DNA of 64,000 nucleotides from the human T2T-CHM13v2.0 reference genome, Homo sapiens (GCF_009914755.1 NC_060932.1), one strand, 5' to 3'. Shown: positions 42,159 through 57,745, numbered from the stretch's first letter. A program made the numbers and translations. The notes: generated from the sequence alone by a model not told the origin.

Positions 42159-42979
42159 AAAGAAATTCATGATTCGTGGAGAATATCAAAATATCAACAT
42201 TAACAGAAGTTTAGATGAAGTTAATTCCAGTACTCATGGATGCCTTTTAGGGGTTCAAGACTTCAGTGGAGGAAGTAACTGCAGATGTGAAAGAAATAAC
42301 AAGAGAACCAGAATGAGAAATGGAGCCGGAAGATGAGACTGAATTGTTTTAATCTCATGATCAAATTTGAAGGATGAGGAGTTACTTCTTGTAAATGAAC
42401 AAAGAAAGTGGTTTCTTGAAATGGAATCTACTCCTGGCAAAGATGCTGTGAACACTGTTGAGATGACAGCAAAGGACTCAAAATATTATATAAACTCAGT
42501 TGAAAAAGCAGTAGCTGGATTTGAGAGGATTGACTCCAGTTTTGTGAGAAGTTCTACTGTGGGTAAAATGCTATCAAACAGCATTGCAAATAACATAGAA
42601 ATTTTCTGTGAAGAAAGAGTCAATGAGGGTGGCAAACTTTATTACTGTCTTATTTTAAGAAGTTGTCACCACCATTCCAACCTTCAGCAACCACCACCCT
42701 GATCAGTCAGCAGCCATCAGTATTGAGGCAAGACCCTCCACCAGCAAAATGACTATGACTCACTGAAGGCTCAGATGATTGTTAGCATTTTTTAGCAATA
42801 AGATATTTGTAAACAATGTATGCATTATTTTTAGACATAATGCTATTGCACACTTAATAGGCTGCAGTGTAGTGCAAGCATAACTTTTATATGCAATGGG
42901 AAATAAAAAAATTCATGTGCCTCACTTTATTGCAATATTCAATTTATTGTGGTGATCTGGAAACTAAACCTACAATATC

Positions 42980-43015
42980 TGTGTGTGTGTGTGTGTGCAT
43001 GTGTGTGTGTGTGTG
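42980..43015. repeat. Interrupted (TG)n microsatellite
   Basis: (TG)n ca (TG)n directly after the Tigger1 subterminal sequence. Confidence 0.95.
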
Positions 43016-43055
43016 TTCAGATTAAATGCAAAAATTTTGTTGGAATGTTTTTACA

Positions 43056-43357
<302 letters not shown>

Positions 43358-45710
43358 TAAAAGTACTTTTTAAATGTTAAAAGCATTTTGATGCAGTAAA
43401 GAAACAATTCTTTCTTAATATAGGTATATTTTCAGATTTGAAGGGCAAACACAAATTGTTTCTTTGTTAACTGTACCTCTTTTTCAGTAGCAATGATTGT
43501 TTTATGCAAATTTATGAGAGAACTGTGACAAAATATCTTTTGACAACATGTGCCTGAAAATACTCAGTATATTCAACATCTGAATCAGTATGAATAAGAG
43601 CCAGTGTTAATGTTTCTGAGTTAGACTGAAGTGAATGGAGACTTCCATGTCTTACCTAGATAGTATGGGGTGAGGGAGATAGACTCTGTATACAGAATAT
43701 ATTTTTCTTCAGTTTGAAAGCTGCATGAAAAGAACTGCAAGGGAAACAGATTGGATAGACATGCAGTGGTGCTTGTGTTTTAATATGGGCTGATTTTATG
43801 CTCAAACATTGCAAAGTTTAGTCTTTTTATGAACTGAAGAGGTTGGGCTGAAAGGAGTCAAAATAATATTAACAGGACAGTTGGATCTCCATGGTAATTG
43901 TCCTAATAGTCTTTCCAAATGCACTCCTGCCTTATTACTAGGTTTATGAATACTGCATTGCACTTAGAGAGCCTTCCTTGTGGAAAGAGAATACATCTTT
44001 AAAAATAGTGGACCTTGAATAAAAATCTTGTATATTCTTCAACTGTTGGGTCACATTCGACCATAGCACATTGGAAGATCTCACTTTTTTTACTGAAAAT
44101 CTTTCCAGAGTTTCCCAATAAGCTTCCTTAGTATGTTCTACAAGGTTGTGTCTACCTCTACAATATAATTTGGGCTATCCAACAGTTTAATTTTTGTAGC
44201 ACAGCCACCCTAGTCTGTTTTTAGTCCCCACAGCCTCAGCCCTTCTCTGGTATTCTAAAGATAGGAAACCTTGGAAACATCAAGTAACAACAGTTTCATA
44301 ACAAACATTGTCCTTTCCACAATGGCCACAATCATCTATCACAGCAGAAGGACTCCTGGTGTTGGTTGTGTGGCACTTCCTAAAGTGAAGTCAGGCAGTG
44401 GGAAGGGATGAGTAACCATTTTAAAATATGACCAAAACATTCTCAATAACTACTCCACCTGAAAAGGGCATTTCTCTAACTCCAGTCTGCCCTTGCTTTC
44501 CTATCTAACCTAAAGGGGGCAGGAAAGCTAAGACACACTAGTGAAGGCCACATCCCAGTGACACAGTCCTACTAAAAGACTGAGATTCAAGCTTAAGATT
44601 GTAGAATGCTTCTCTTCCCAGCATTGCAGCATTGTGAAATGCTTCTCAGTAGGATGTACTGAGTATTTTCAGGCAAATGTTGTCAAAGATATTTTGATGC
44701 ATTATCACCCCACTGACAGCACTCAGACACAGTAACAGTAGCAATTCGCTCAGCTGCAAGATGCAAATTCTACCCAAGAAGGGGTCTGTGAGAAGGCCCA
44801 AAGGCAACAAGGAAGACAAAAATCAAGACAGTGGAGAAAATGAAATCTCTTACTCCAAAGGCTACAGTAAGTAGTAAACATGCACTCCTAGCCAGATTAA
44901 CAAAACCTCACACTGAAGACCTACTTACCCCGGTAAATAAAATATAAGTAAATAAATGAAAATTTCAGCAGATTTCTCAGTAGAAGCCATGCAAGTAATA
45001 AGAGAGTAAATTATTTCAAGTGTTGAAAGAAAAAAATTACTTCCTAGAATTCTATATCCAGGGAAATTATCTTTTGAAATTAAGGGAGAAATAAAGGCTT
45101 TTTCAGACGAACAAAAACAGAAGAAATTCTTTAAAATAGACCTGGTCTGCAAGAAGTGGTTAAAAGAAGTCCTTCAGAAAGAAGGAAAATTACACAGTCA
45201 GAAACGCAAATAATTCCATTGAAAAAGAGCATCAAATAAATAATAAATGAAGCTAAAATAAAGTATATTTCCCTAATTCTCAATTCATCTAAAAGATTTT
45301 TTAAAGTAAAAATAACGACTGAGTATTAGATGATTACAGCAGGTGGAAAAGTAAAATAAATGGCAACAATGTAATAAGGGATGGGATGGAGGAATGTGGA
45401 GTATCCTAAGTTATCTGTGTAATATGTAAAGCAGCCCAGTGTTATTTATGTCAAATATGGATTTGTGTTAATAGATACTGCAAATTCAAGAAAAAAACCA
45501 TTAAAAATTGTAAAAAAAAAAAGTAAAGTTATGTTGAGAGGAGATAAGCTCGATCATAAAAATGCTCAGTTAAAATCAGAGAAGGTAGGCAAAAGGAGGA
45601 AATCAAAGAACAAATGCAATGAATAGAAGGTTAGAAACTATTAAGCCAAGTATTTTTAAAATTCCTTAAAAGTTAATGATCTGAAAACACCAATTAAAAG
45701 ACATATTGTC

Positions 45711-45986
45711 AGCTGGGCATGGTGGCTCATGTCTGTAATCCCAGCACTTTGTAAGGTCGAGGCGGGTGGATTGCCTGAGCTCAGAAGTTTGAGACCAGCC
45801 TGGGCAACATGGCGAAACCCTGTCTCTACCCTAAATACAAAAAATTAGCTGGGCGCAGTGGTGCACTCCTGTAGTCCCAGCTACTCCAGAAACTGAGGCA
45901 TGAGAATCGCTTGAACTCGGGCCTGGGCAACAGAGTGAGACTCTGTCTCAAATAAATAAATAAATAAATAAATAAATAAAATTTAA
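45711..45986 (+). mobile_element. Alu with an internal right-arm deletion and (TAAA)n tail
   Basis: TSD aaaagacatatt at 45696-45707 and 45987-45998; junction gaactcgg|gcctgggcaac. Confidence 0.95.
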
Positions 45987-47788
45987 AAAAGACATATTAT
46001 TGAAATCTATAATAAAAAACAAGACCCAACTATATATTTTCAAGAAACTCATTTGAAATACAAAGTTTCAGAGGGTTTCAAAGTAAAGAGATGGAGAAAA
46101 ACATTCTGCAATAACAACAATCTAAAGAATTTGGAGTAGCTATATTAATTTAAGATGAATAAGACTCCAGAACAAGGGATATTTTCAGGGCTAAAGAGTG
46201 GCATTGCCTAATGATAAAGGTGTCAATTCACCAAAAAAGCCTAACAATCCTAAATGTGTATGCACCAAACAGCAGATTGTCAAAATATGTGCGGCAAAAA
46301 CTGATAGAAGCGAAAGGAGAAATAGACAATTTAATTATACCAGTTGGAGATTTAAATACCACACTTTCCATATTGAAAGGTAAAACAGACAAGAAATATT
46401 TACAAATATAATTGACCTGAATAACACAATGAATCAAATGAACATAATTGATATTTGTACACAATGTTCTTGAACAACAGCAGAATACACATATTGTCAG
46501 TCTTACACATCCACCAAGATAGATGTGATTCTGGATCATATACTTAACACATTTAAAAGAATAGAAACCTTTAAAATATACTTGACACATTTAAAAGAAT
46601 AGAAATCATACAAAGTGTCTTTTCAAAACATTATGAAATTGAACTAGATATCAATAACAGAAAGATGGCAGAAATAGCTTCAGATATATGAAGTTTAAGC
46701 AACTAATTAACATGAGTCAAAATAGTCTCCGAAAAAATTTCAAAATATTTTGAAGTAAATTAAAATGAAAAAACAACTAGTCAAAATTTGTGTGATGCTA
46801 CAAAAACAATGCTTTGGGAGAAATTTATAGCATTAAATGCATAATCAGAAAAGGAAAAAATGCTGGAATCAATAATCTATACTTCCACCATAGAAAGCTG
46901 TAGAAAGAAGAGCAATTTACATTTAAAGCAGATAGAAGAAAAGAAGTATTAAAAATTAAAGCAGAAATTAGTGAAAACAAAAACAGAAAAGCAATAGAGA
47001 AAATCAATAAACCCAAAATCTGGTTCTTTAAAAGAAAGGCCAAAAAAAAAAAAAAATGGTAAGTCTTTGCTAGATTAACCAAAAAAAAAAAAAAAAAAAA
47101 AAAGGAGAAAAGACACAGGCAATAACAAAAATATAAGAGGGTTTAGCATTAATAATCTTACGGAATTTTTAAAAAATAATAAAGGAATACTATAAACAAC
47201 TCCATGCCCCTAAACTTGACAAATGCAATGGACCAAGTGCTTGAAAAACACAAACTACCAGAATGCACACAAAAAGAAATAGATCTGAATAGATGTGTAT
47301 TTATTGCATAAATTGAATCAATAATTTAAAATCTTTCAAAAAAGAAAGAAAACACTAAGCGCAAATAGTTTTACTGTTAAATTCTACCAAATAGTTAAGG
47401 AAGGATTGATATCAATTCTCCACAATCTCAGCCAGAAAATAGAGGCAAAGGGAACACTTTCAAATTCATTCCATCTACCATTATGCTAATATGAATGCCA
47501 GATAAAGATATAAGAAATAAAACTGAAGACCAGTATCTCTCATGAAGATAGATACAAAATTCCTCAATAAAATGTTAGCAAGTTGAATCTAACATTGCAT
47601 AAAAGGAATTGAAATTTATTACCGTTATGTGAAGCTGGTTCAACATTTGAAAATTAATTAATAGAATTTACCTATCAACAGGACCAAAAAGAAAAATTAC
47701 AGATTGCATCATATGATGCAGAAAATGTTATGACAATATTCAATATCTATTCATGGTAAAACCTTCCAGATAACTAGGAATAGAGTGA

Positions 47789-48118
<330 letters not shown>

Positions 48119-50499
48119 GATAAAAAAGCATTCTTAAGAAAAAAAAAAAAAACTACAACCAACATTGTACTTAATAATGAGAAAATAAATATTTTTCTGC
48201 TGTGATTAGGGATGAGAAAGAAATGTTCTTTGTTACCACTCCTATTTTACATTGTACTAGAATTCCAAGATACTGAAGTAAGAGAAATAAAGAAGAGATA
48301 CTCAGATTAGGAAAGTAGAAATAAAAGTGTCTTTGTTCACAGATGGCATCATTATTTATGTATAAAGCTCCAAAGAATCAACAAAATTTCTGGATCTAAT
48401 TGCAAGTGTAGCAACATCCCATGATAAAAGGTTAACATCTAAAGTAAATTTCTTTCCTATATACCAACAATGAATGATTGGAATTTGAAATATTTTTTTA
48501 AATACCTTTTGCAGTAGCACCAAAATAATAAAATATTAGATATAAATCTAACAAAATTTATACAGGTTCTATTCATGGAATACTACAAAATCTGTTGGAA
48601 AAAACATTAAAACATTATCTAAATGAATTAAGAATGTGTTCATAGATTAGAAAACTCAGTGCTGTTTATGGTGTCCATACTTCCAAACTTGATCAAATAT
48701 ATTCAACATAATCTCAATCAAATTACCAGCAAGCTATTTTTTATATTGACAAACTGATTCTAAAAGTTACATAAAAAGTGAAAGAACTGAAATATTTAAC
48801 GCACTACAGAAAAAAAGTTGAGGATTTACACTACCTAATTTCAAGACTATAAAGCTACTAAAATCAAGACAGCATAATATTAGCAAAAAAATAAGCACAA
48901 AAATAAATGGATAATAATAGAGGACCAAGGAATAGATACACACAAATATTATCAACTTATTTTTTATGTAAGACATATGAAATTCAATGGAGTGTAGTTT
49001 TATCAACAAATGATGATGGAAAATAGGATGACTATATTCAAAGAGAGAGAAAAATTCTAGAGATAGACTTTATATTTCACAAAAATGGATTAAATATGAG
49101 TTGTAACCCTAATTATTATAAAACTTATAATTGTATTATATTATAATATTATAATTATTATAAAATTTATAGAAGAAAATATAGGAGGAAGTCTCATGGC
49201 CTTGTTTTCACCATGAGTGTTAACATACAACATCAAAAGCACAAATCATGAAAGAAAAATGGATAATTTGAATTGTATTAATATTAACAAAAAAACTTCT
49301 AGTCTATGAAAAATATTATTAAGGGAATGAAATTAAAAGCCACAGACTAAGATAAAATATTTTGAAGCACATAGTGTCTATACTGAAATAAATGAATAGA
49401 TGAATGAATAAACACACAAATAAATAAATGAGAGGGAGATCGATTTCTATGCAGAAGAATTCCAAATAATTTATGTAATTGTACTTGAGGGGCTGGAGCA
49501 TAACTCTCCACTCTGGTGTGTGCTGAACATTAGTGACTTTCTTTTAATTAATGTAATATGTAAAGGAAGACAGAAAAAAATGAGTTTACATTGGAGACAC
49601 CTGACAAACACTATATTAGCCAATGATCAAGCTCAGCATCAACAATGATAAATCATGTTGCTAACATGTACCCTTGAAACAATGTAATAAAAATTATACT
49701 TTAATTTTGTGCCTTCCTCCTATTGTCAGTCTAGTTGTAAGAAAAACATCAAACAAATTCTACACAATACTTGACCAGTAATTCCTCAAAACTGTCAGTG
49801 TCATCAAAAACAAGACAAGTCTGAGGAAATGTCATGGCCAAGATAAGCCAGAGGAGAAATGATGATGAAATATAATGTGGTGTCCCTGGATGAGATCCTG
49901 GAACAGAAAAAGGATATTAGGTAAAAACTAAGGAAATCTGAGTCAAACATGAAGTTTAGTTAATAATAATGTATCAATATTTATTCATTAATTCTAACAA
50001 ATTGCCATACTAATATACGTTAAAAATAAAATAAACTAGATACAGAGTGTTTTAGAAACTGTATGTAATATCTTCACTTTTTCTGAAATCTAAAACTGTT
50101 CTGGAAAAAATTAATTGCAAAATAGTTAATACAATTTATTTAATTATTTTCTGCAAACAAAGATAGGATCCATAGACACATACAAGGATAAATGTGAAAG
50201 TTTAAGAAAGAAGCACAGATAAGGGGGCTGACAGGAAGGGAGAAATGGCAGAGTGGGATGGCTGAGTGGGGGAATGGGGAACGTGGACCCAGATGCAGCC
50301 ACTTTTGTAAGATGTACTGCGTTGGCTCTTAGTGTGCTTTTGCTCTTGGAACCTACAATATGTTTCGAATTTAGAAACTTTTGTATTATAAAAGTAATTA
50401 GGATATGTTCCTGTAGAAAATTGTAAAAATCAGCAAAGTAGAAAAAAAAAGAGAATGACTCATATTCCACATACCCTTATACATATGTTACTTACTCCC

Positions 50500-50815
<316 letters not shown>

Positions 50816-51769
50816 TTATAGAGTTGTTAGTTTTCTTATAAAGTTTTTAGTTTTCTTTTATTTGGCTTATATAGATAATCTCTTAGTTGTATATGTTACT
50901 TGCATTCTTCTCTTTTTATAGCATTTTCCAAAGATAATATTTTCCTAAAGTCTTTTTTAGATTACTAAATTTGTCTCACCTGGTGGATGTGCCATTATGT
51001 ACTCACCCAAATCTTCTTCCTGATATTTTAATTATTTTCAGTTTGTACATACTTACATAGTTAGTCTGGCAATGTTTTGGTCATTATGTATTATTGTGAA
51101 GGACTAACTTTGATATTTCAAATATTGTACTGATTATATAAAGGGAGGTAGTAATTTGTGCTCTCCTAGGACCAATGGAAATGTACAGTAATATAAGTAA
51201 ATTTATTCCTGCAGCATCTCAAACATGTTCTGGAAATGAAATAAAATAATCAGTTAATCATTTTAGTCTTTTCATATTTATAATGGTAAGTAAAGACCAT
51301 TAGTGAATGAAACACCTAAATATATTTGCACAACTAAGAAATTTCACACATATACCAAAGCTGTACATATATTTTAAACATGAAGATATTTTGGAAAATC
51401 AGGTCTAAGTTTTCTTTCTCCAAACAGGTATGTTTAAATTCTTTATAATTTTTTTCCATACAAGAGAAACTTTTTCATGGTACAAAGGATGAAGGTAAAT
51501 TACAGTCCTATAGGCAGTCCTGTTAGAGTGACTGTTCTATACGTATTATTGAACACTTTAAATGTACCCTTCCCCTAATGGCCTTTTTTTATTTGTTTAT
51601 TTTAATGTATTTAATCTGTGCCAAGAGAAAGCTATAAAGCTTTTCTATTCTCTGAAATTTTACAATTAATGATGGTACCACTCAACTTTCTAACTCATTA
51701 GTACTAGTAGTAGTAGTAGTAGCAGTAGTAATTTTACAGGAAAATAAGGATGCATAGGAAAATAATGTG

Positions 51770-52595
51770 GGTCAGCAAGATGGTGGACTAGGAAGCTCCA
51801 GGCTCTTATTCCTCACGAAGACATAAAATTAATAAAAATATATGTGGATCAAAATACTCTTAGGAAAACCCTAGAAACCAGTTAAGAAGCTGCAGGATCC
51901 CAGCTAACATCAATATAAAAATGCATTTAAACAGTAGGAAATGACCTGGCGTTTTGCCTGTATTTGCCCCATTCCTTCAGAGTGCAGTACACTGTGATTG
52001 GGTGGAAGCAACCTAACTCCCAGCTCCTCCCTTGATATGGAAAGAAAAGAGTGGAAAATGCATTTAACATTCTGGCTTGTATGGGGGCTACCTGAGAGAC
52101 TGGCTTCTGTCTCACAAGACTCCTAGTACTGATGGATTGGTGGCATGGCTTGGATGCCACATTAGAAGACACTAAAAACAGCAGTAGTCTCCATGGCACG
52201 TTAGGGCTACAGTGGATTGGCAGTCTCACAGGGCCAAGAGGCAAGAGATTACAGGCAGAGTAACAAAGTAGAAATCCTAAGGCTTCTAAGAAGAAGCAGA
52301 AGTGAGATTCTTGCGGAAATCAAAACACTTAAAATCTGTCATATATACTGGAATTAAATCACCCATACAGGCCCGGGAAGATGTCCCCAGAAAAGGTTCA
52401 AGAAGACTCAAGGCCTCTATGCTGGGCCTATTAGTAAAGGTCTTCCCTGCATGAAGGCAGCCTATAAAGGCTGGGAGAAATGACTGTTTTCTCAAACGCC
52501 CAAATTTCAGCAAATAAGCACAAGGCATACAAAGAAACAGAAAAATATGCCTCAATCAAAGGCACAAAATAAATCTCCCAAAAAAATAAAAGCCC
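51770..52595 (+). mobile_element. Old L1M 5' UTR and ORF1 start
   Basis: caagatggtggactaggaagc (YY1-type L1 start) ... aagaaacagaaaaatatgcctcaatcaaagg...aaataaatctcc. Confidence 0.7.
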
Positions 52596-55500
52596 TAGAT
52601 CTCAGAGGTGGAGCAAGATGATGGAAAGCTCCACCAATCATCCCCCTAATAGGACACCAAGTTAACAACTATCTACACAGAAAAAAACCTTCATGAGAAC
52701 CAAAAATCAGATGAGGACTCACAGTATGTAGATTTAACTTTATATCCCTGAAAGAGGCACTGAAGAGATAGGAAAAATAGTCCTGAATCACAATGCCACC
52801 CTTCCCCCACCCCCTGGCAGCAGCAGCGTGAGAGCCTCTCTGGGCACTGGAGGAGGGAGAATACAGCAATTGTGAGGCATTGAGCTCAGTGCTGTCCCAT
52901 TAGAGCAGAAAGGAAAATCGGACCAAACTCAGCTGACACCCACCAACAGAGGGAGCATTTAAACCAGCCCTAGCCCTAGGGGAATCACCAATCTCACTGA
53001 ATGGAACTTGAGTGACTGCAAACCTTGCCACAGGGGGCTACAGCACATGTTGGGGTGTTAGGGGGAGACATGACATACTGAGACACAAATTATGGCAGCA
53101 AAGGGAGACGGCATCACCCTCACCCCAGGCTGCACAGATCACAGCTCCAAAAGAGACCCCTTTCTTCTGCTAGAGGAGAGGAGAGGGAAGAGTTGGGAGG
53201 ACTTTGTCTTGCATCTAGGATACCAGTTCAGTCACAGGAGAATAGGGCACTGGTCAGAGTCATGAGGCCTCTGTTCCGGGCCATAGCTCTCACATGACAT
53301 TTCTAGACACACCCTGGCCTGGGGCAGAAGGGAATACACTGCCTTGAAGGAAAGGGCCCGGTCCTGATAGCATTCATCACCTGCTAACTGAAGAGCCCTT
53401 GGGCCCTGAAGGACCAGCAGTGATACCAAGGTACTACATTGAGGAACTTGGATGAGCCTCTAAGACTTGTTGGCTTCAGGTGAGACTCAGCACATTACCA
53501 GCTATGGTGGCTGCAGGGCAAATCTCCTTCTGCTCGAGAAAAGCAAAGAGTAAAGTAAAGAGGATTTTGTCTTATACATTAGATGCCATCACAAGCACAG
53601 GGGGATGGAGCACCAAGTGGGCTCTTGGGGTACTGAACCCCAGGACCTTGCTCTTGGGGTCCCCAAACCCAGGACCTGGCATTTCTGGATCTTTCCTGGG
53701 CCAGAAGGGAGCCCACTGTCTGAAGGGCGAGTCCTGGGCCAGGCAGCATTCACAGCAAGCTGATGGAAGAGCCCTTGGGCCTTAAGGGAACATTGGCAGT
53801 GGTCTGACAGTACTCCTTATGACCAGGGTTGGTGAGGGCTATGATAGGAGGCTCCTCTGCCATTGGAAAAGTTAGAAAAGAGTGGAAGGAACTGTGTCTT
53901 GTGGTCTGAGTGCCAGCTCACCCACAGTACAATAGAACACCAAGTAGACTTCTAAGGTTTTTAACTCTAGTCCCTCACTCCAGGACAGCACTTCTGGACC
54001 CACCCAGTGCCTGAGGGATCTCACCACCCTAAAAGGAAGAACATAGACCTAGCTGGCCTACTGATTGTAGAGCCCCAGAGATTTTAGCAAACATATAGAG
54101 TAGCCAGGGAGTGGTTACAGAAGGCCTTGGGTGAGACCCAGTGATTTGCTTACTTCAGGTCTGACCCAGCACAGTCTTCATGGTGGTGGCCACATGGGTG
54201 CTTGTGTCATCCCATCCCCAGATTTAGGTGGTCAGAGGAGAGAGAGAGTCTATATGTTTGAGAGAAAGTGAGGGAAGAGAACAAGACTCTCTGCCTGGTA
54301 ATCCAGAGAATTCTCCCAGATCTTGTCCAAGACCATCAAGTTGTACTTCTACAAGTCTGCAAAAACCACAGTGTTACTGGGCTTGGAGTGCCCCTAAAGC
54401 ACATACAGTTTAGATCACAACACCCAAGGGCTTTTAAATATCTAGAAAGCCTTCCCAAGAAGGATGGCTACAAATAAACCCAGATAGCAAAGACTACAAT
54501 AAATAAATAACTCTTCAATGCCCAGACACCAAAAAACATCTACTAGCATCAAGACCATCCAGGAAAACATGACCTCACCAAAGGAACTAAAGGTACCAGG
54601 GACAAGTCCTGGAGAAACTGAAATATGTGACCTTTCAGACAGAGAATTCAAAATAGCTGTGTTGAGGAAACTCAAAGAAATTCAAGATAACACAGAGAAG
54701 GAATTCAGAATTCTATCAGATAAATTTAACAAAGGATTACAATGCTTAAAAATATCAAGCAGAAATTCTGGAGCTGAAAAATGCAACTGACACTGAAGAA
54801 TGCATCAGTCTCCTTTCATAGCAGAATTGATCAAGCAGAAGAAAGAATTAGTGAGCTGGAAAACAGGCAATTTGAAAATACACAGAGGAGACAAAAAAAG
54901 AATAAAAAACAATGAAGCTCACCTACAGGATATGAAAAAAAATAGCCTCAAAAGGGCAAAACTGACAGTTACTCACCTTAAAGAGAAGGCAGGAAAGAGA
55001 TAGGGGTGGAAAGTTTATTGAGAGTAATAATAACAGCAAACTTTCCAAATATAGAAACAAATATCTACATTAAAGTATAAGAAGGTTGTAGTACACCAAG
55101 CAGATTTAGAAGACATTTAAAGGGCATTTAATAATCAAACTCCCCAAAGTCAAGGATAACGAAAGGATCCTGAAAGTAGAAAAAAAAAAAATTAGGAAAA
55201 CATAGCATACAATGAAGCTTGAATAAGTCTGGCAGCAGACTTTTGAGTGGAAACCTTACAGGCCAGGAGGGAGTGGCAGGACATATTTAAAGTGCTAAAG
55301 GAAAAACCTTTTACCCTAGAATAGTATATTTGGTGATAATATACTTCAAGGAAAGTATATTTTCTTGAAGGAAAAATAAAAACTTTCCCAGGCAAATAAA
55401 AGCTGAGGGATTTCATCAATACCATACCTGTCCTACAAGAAATGCTAAAGTGAGTACTTTAATCAGAAAGAAAAGGACATTAATGAGCAATTAATAAGAG

Positions 55501-55643
55501 CCTGAAGGTACAAAACTCACCGGTAATAGTAAATACATAAAAAAACACAGAATATTATAACACTGTATGTATGGTGTGCAAACTACTTTTATTCTAACTA
55601 GAAAGACTAAACAATGAACCAATAAAAAATAATGACTACATCA

Positions 55644-55925
55644 ATTCTGAGCAAACCATGGCAAGGACAGAAAACCAAACACCGCATGTTCTCACTCATA
55701 GGTGGGAATTGAACAATGAGAACACTTGGACACAGAGTGGGAACATCACACACTGGGGCCTGTCATGGGGTGGGGAGAGGGGGGAGGGATAGCATTAGGA
55801 GATATACCTAATGTAAATGACGAGTTAATGGGTGCAGCACACCAACATGGCACATGTATACATACGTAACAAACCTGCATGTTGTGCACATGTACCCTAG
55901 AACAGAAAGTATAATAAAAAAATAA
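55644..55925 (+). mobile_element. L1PA5-like short 3' end nested in the older L1
   Basis: gagaacacttggacacag, caccaacatggcacatgtatacat, ccctagaac; TSD aaaaataat(g/a)acta. Confidence 0.93.
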
Positions 55926-56804
55926 AAAAATAATAACTATAATAACTTTTTAAGACATAGTCAGTACAAGTAGATATAAATATAAACAGCAAGCCATTAA
56001 AAAGCAGAGCCAAGAAGTTAAGTTATAGAGTTTTTATTAGTTTTCTTTTTACTTGTTTGTTTATGCAAATAGTGTTAAGTTGAGAATTTTGATAAGATTG
56101 AAGTAAATAAAATCAGAAATGAAAATGGAGACATTATAATGTATACTATAGAAATCAAAGGATCATTAGTGACTGCTATGAGCAACCATTAATATATGTC
56201 AATAAATTTGAAAATCTAGAAGAAATAGACAAATTCCCTAATACGTACAACCTACCAAGATTGAACCAGGAAGAAATCCAAAACCTTAACAGACCAATAA
56301 CAAGTAATGAGATCAAAGCTGTAATAAAATATCTCCCAGTAAAGAAAAGCCTGGGACCTAAAAGCTTCACTGATGAATTCTACCAAACATTTAAAGAACT
56401 AATACTAACCCTACTCAAACTATTCAGAAAAATAGGAGAGGGGAGATACTTCCAAACTCATTCTATGTGGCTAATATTACCCTGATACCAAAACCAGACA
56501 AAGACACATCAAAAAAAGAAAACTACAGGCCAATATCTCTGATGAATATTGATGCAAAAACCCTTAACAAAATACTACCAAACCAAATCCAACAATACAT
56601 GAGAAGAACATTCATCATGACTAAGTGGGCTAAGTGGCATTTATCCCTGGGATACAAAGACAGTTTAACACATGCAAATCAATCATTGTGATATATCATA
56701 TGAACAGAATGAAGGATAAAAATCATGTGATATTTCACTTGATGCTAAAAAAAACTTTCGATAAAATTTAACATCACTTCATCATAAATACCATAAAAAC
56801 TCAG

Positions 56805-57107
56805 GGCTGGATGCAGTGGCTCACGCCTGTAATCCCAACACTTTGGGAGGCCGAGGCGGGTGGATCACAAGGTCAGGAGTTCAAGACCAGACTGGCCAAC
56901 ATGGTGAAACCCTGTCTCTACTAAAAATACAAAAAAGTAGCCAGGCGTGGTGGTGGGTGCCTGTAATCCCAGCTACTCAGGAGGCTGAGGCAGAGAATTG
57001 CTTGAACCCGGGAGGCAGAGGTTGCAGTGAGCCAAGATCGTGCCACTATACTCCAGCCTTGGTGACAGAGTGAGACTCCATCTCAAACAAACAAACAAAC
57101 AAACAAA
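56805..57107 (+). mobile_element. AluSg-like element with a (CAAA)n tail
   Basis: gatcacaaggtcaggagttcaag; inserted in L1 ORF2. Confidence 0.95.
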
Positions 57108-57745
57108 CCTCGGTATAGAAGGAACATACCTCAACATAATAAAAGCCAAATATGACAGACCCACAGCTAGTATCATACTGAATAGGAAGAAAATTGAAAG
57201 CCTTTCCCCTATGATCTGGAGTATTGCAAGAATGCTCATTGTCACCACTATTATTCAACATAATACTGGAAGTCCTAGGTAGAGCAATCAGACAAGAGAA
57301 AGATACAAAGAGTGTCCAATTTGGAAAGGAAAAAGTCAAATTAACTTTGTTTGCATGTGATATAATCTTATATTTGGAAAAACCTAAAAACTCCACAAGA
57401 AAACTATTAGAACTGATAAATAAGTTCAGTAAAGTTACAGGATGCAAAGTCAATGTACAAAAAACAGTAGCATTCCTATATGCCAACTGTGAACAATGTG
57501 AAAAATAAATTTAAAAAGTAATCTCATTTATGATAAGCACACATACACATAAAATTAAATACCTAGGAATTAACCAAAGATGTGACAGATCTTTATAATG
57601 AAACTATACAACACTGATGAAAGAAATTGAAGAGGATACCAACATATGGAAAAATATTCCATATTTATGGATTGGGAGAATCAGTATTGTTAAAATGTCC
57701 ATACTGCCCAAAGCAATCTACAGACTCAATGTAATCCAGATTCAA

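Larger units (their letters stand above)
52603..57745 (+). mobile_element. L1MA/L1PB-age L1: 5' UTR, ORF1 and partial ORF2, with nested insertions
   Basis: gaggtggagcaagatg start; ORF1 remnant (ETEICDLSDREFKIAVLRKLKEIQDNTEKEF); RT remnants ([28 protein letters not shown]; [13 protein letters not shown]). Confidence 0.93.

Noticed and set aside
42367-42702. ORF resembling the TIGD1 C-terminus
   Set aside because: Remnant of a broken Tigger1 copy with a large deletion and insertions, not a domesticated gene.
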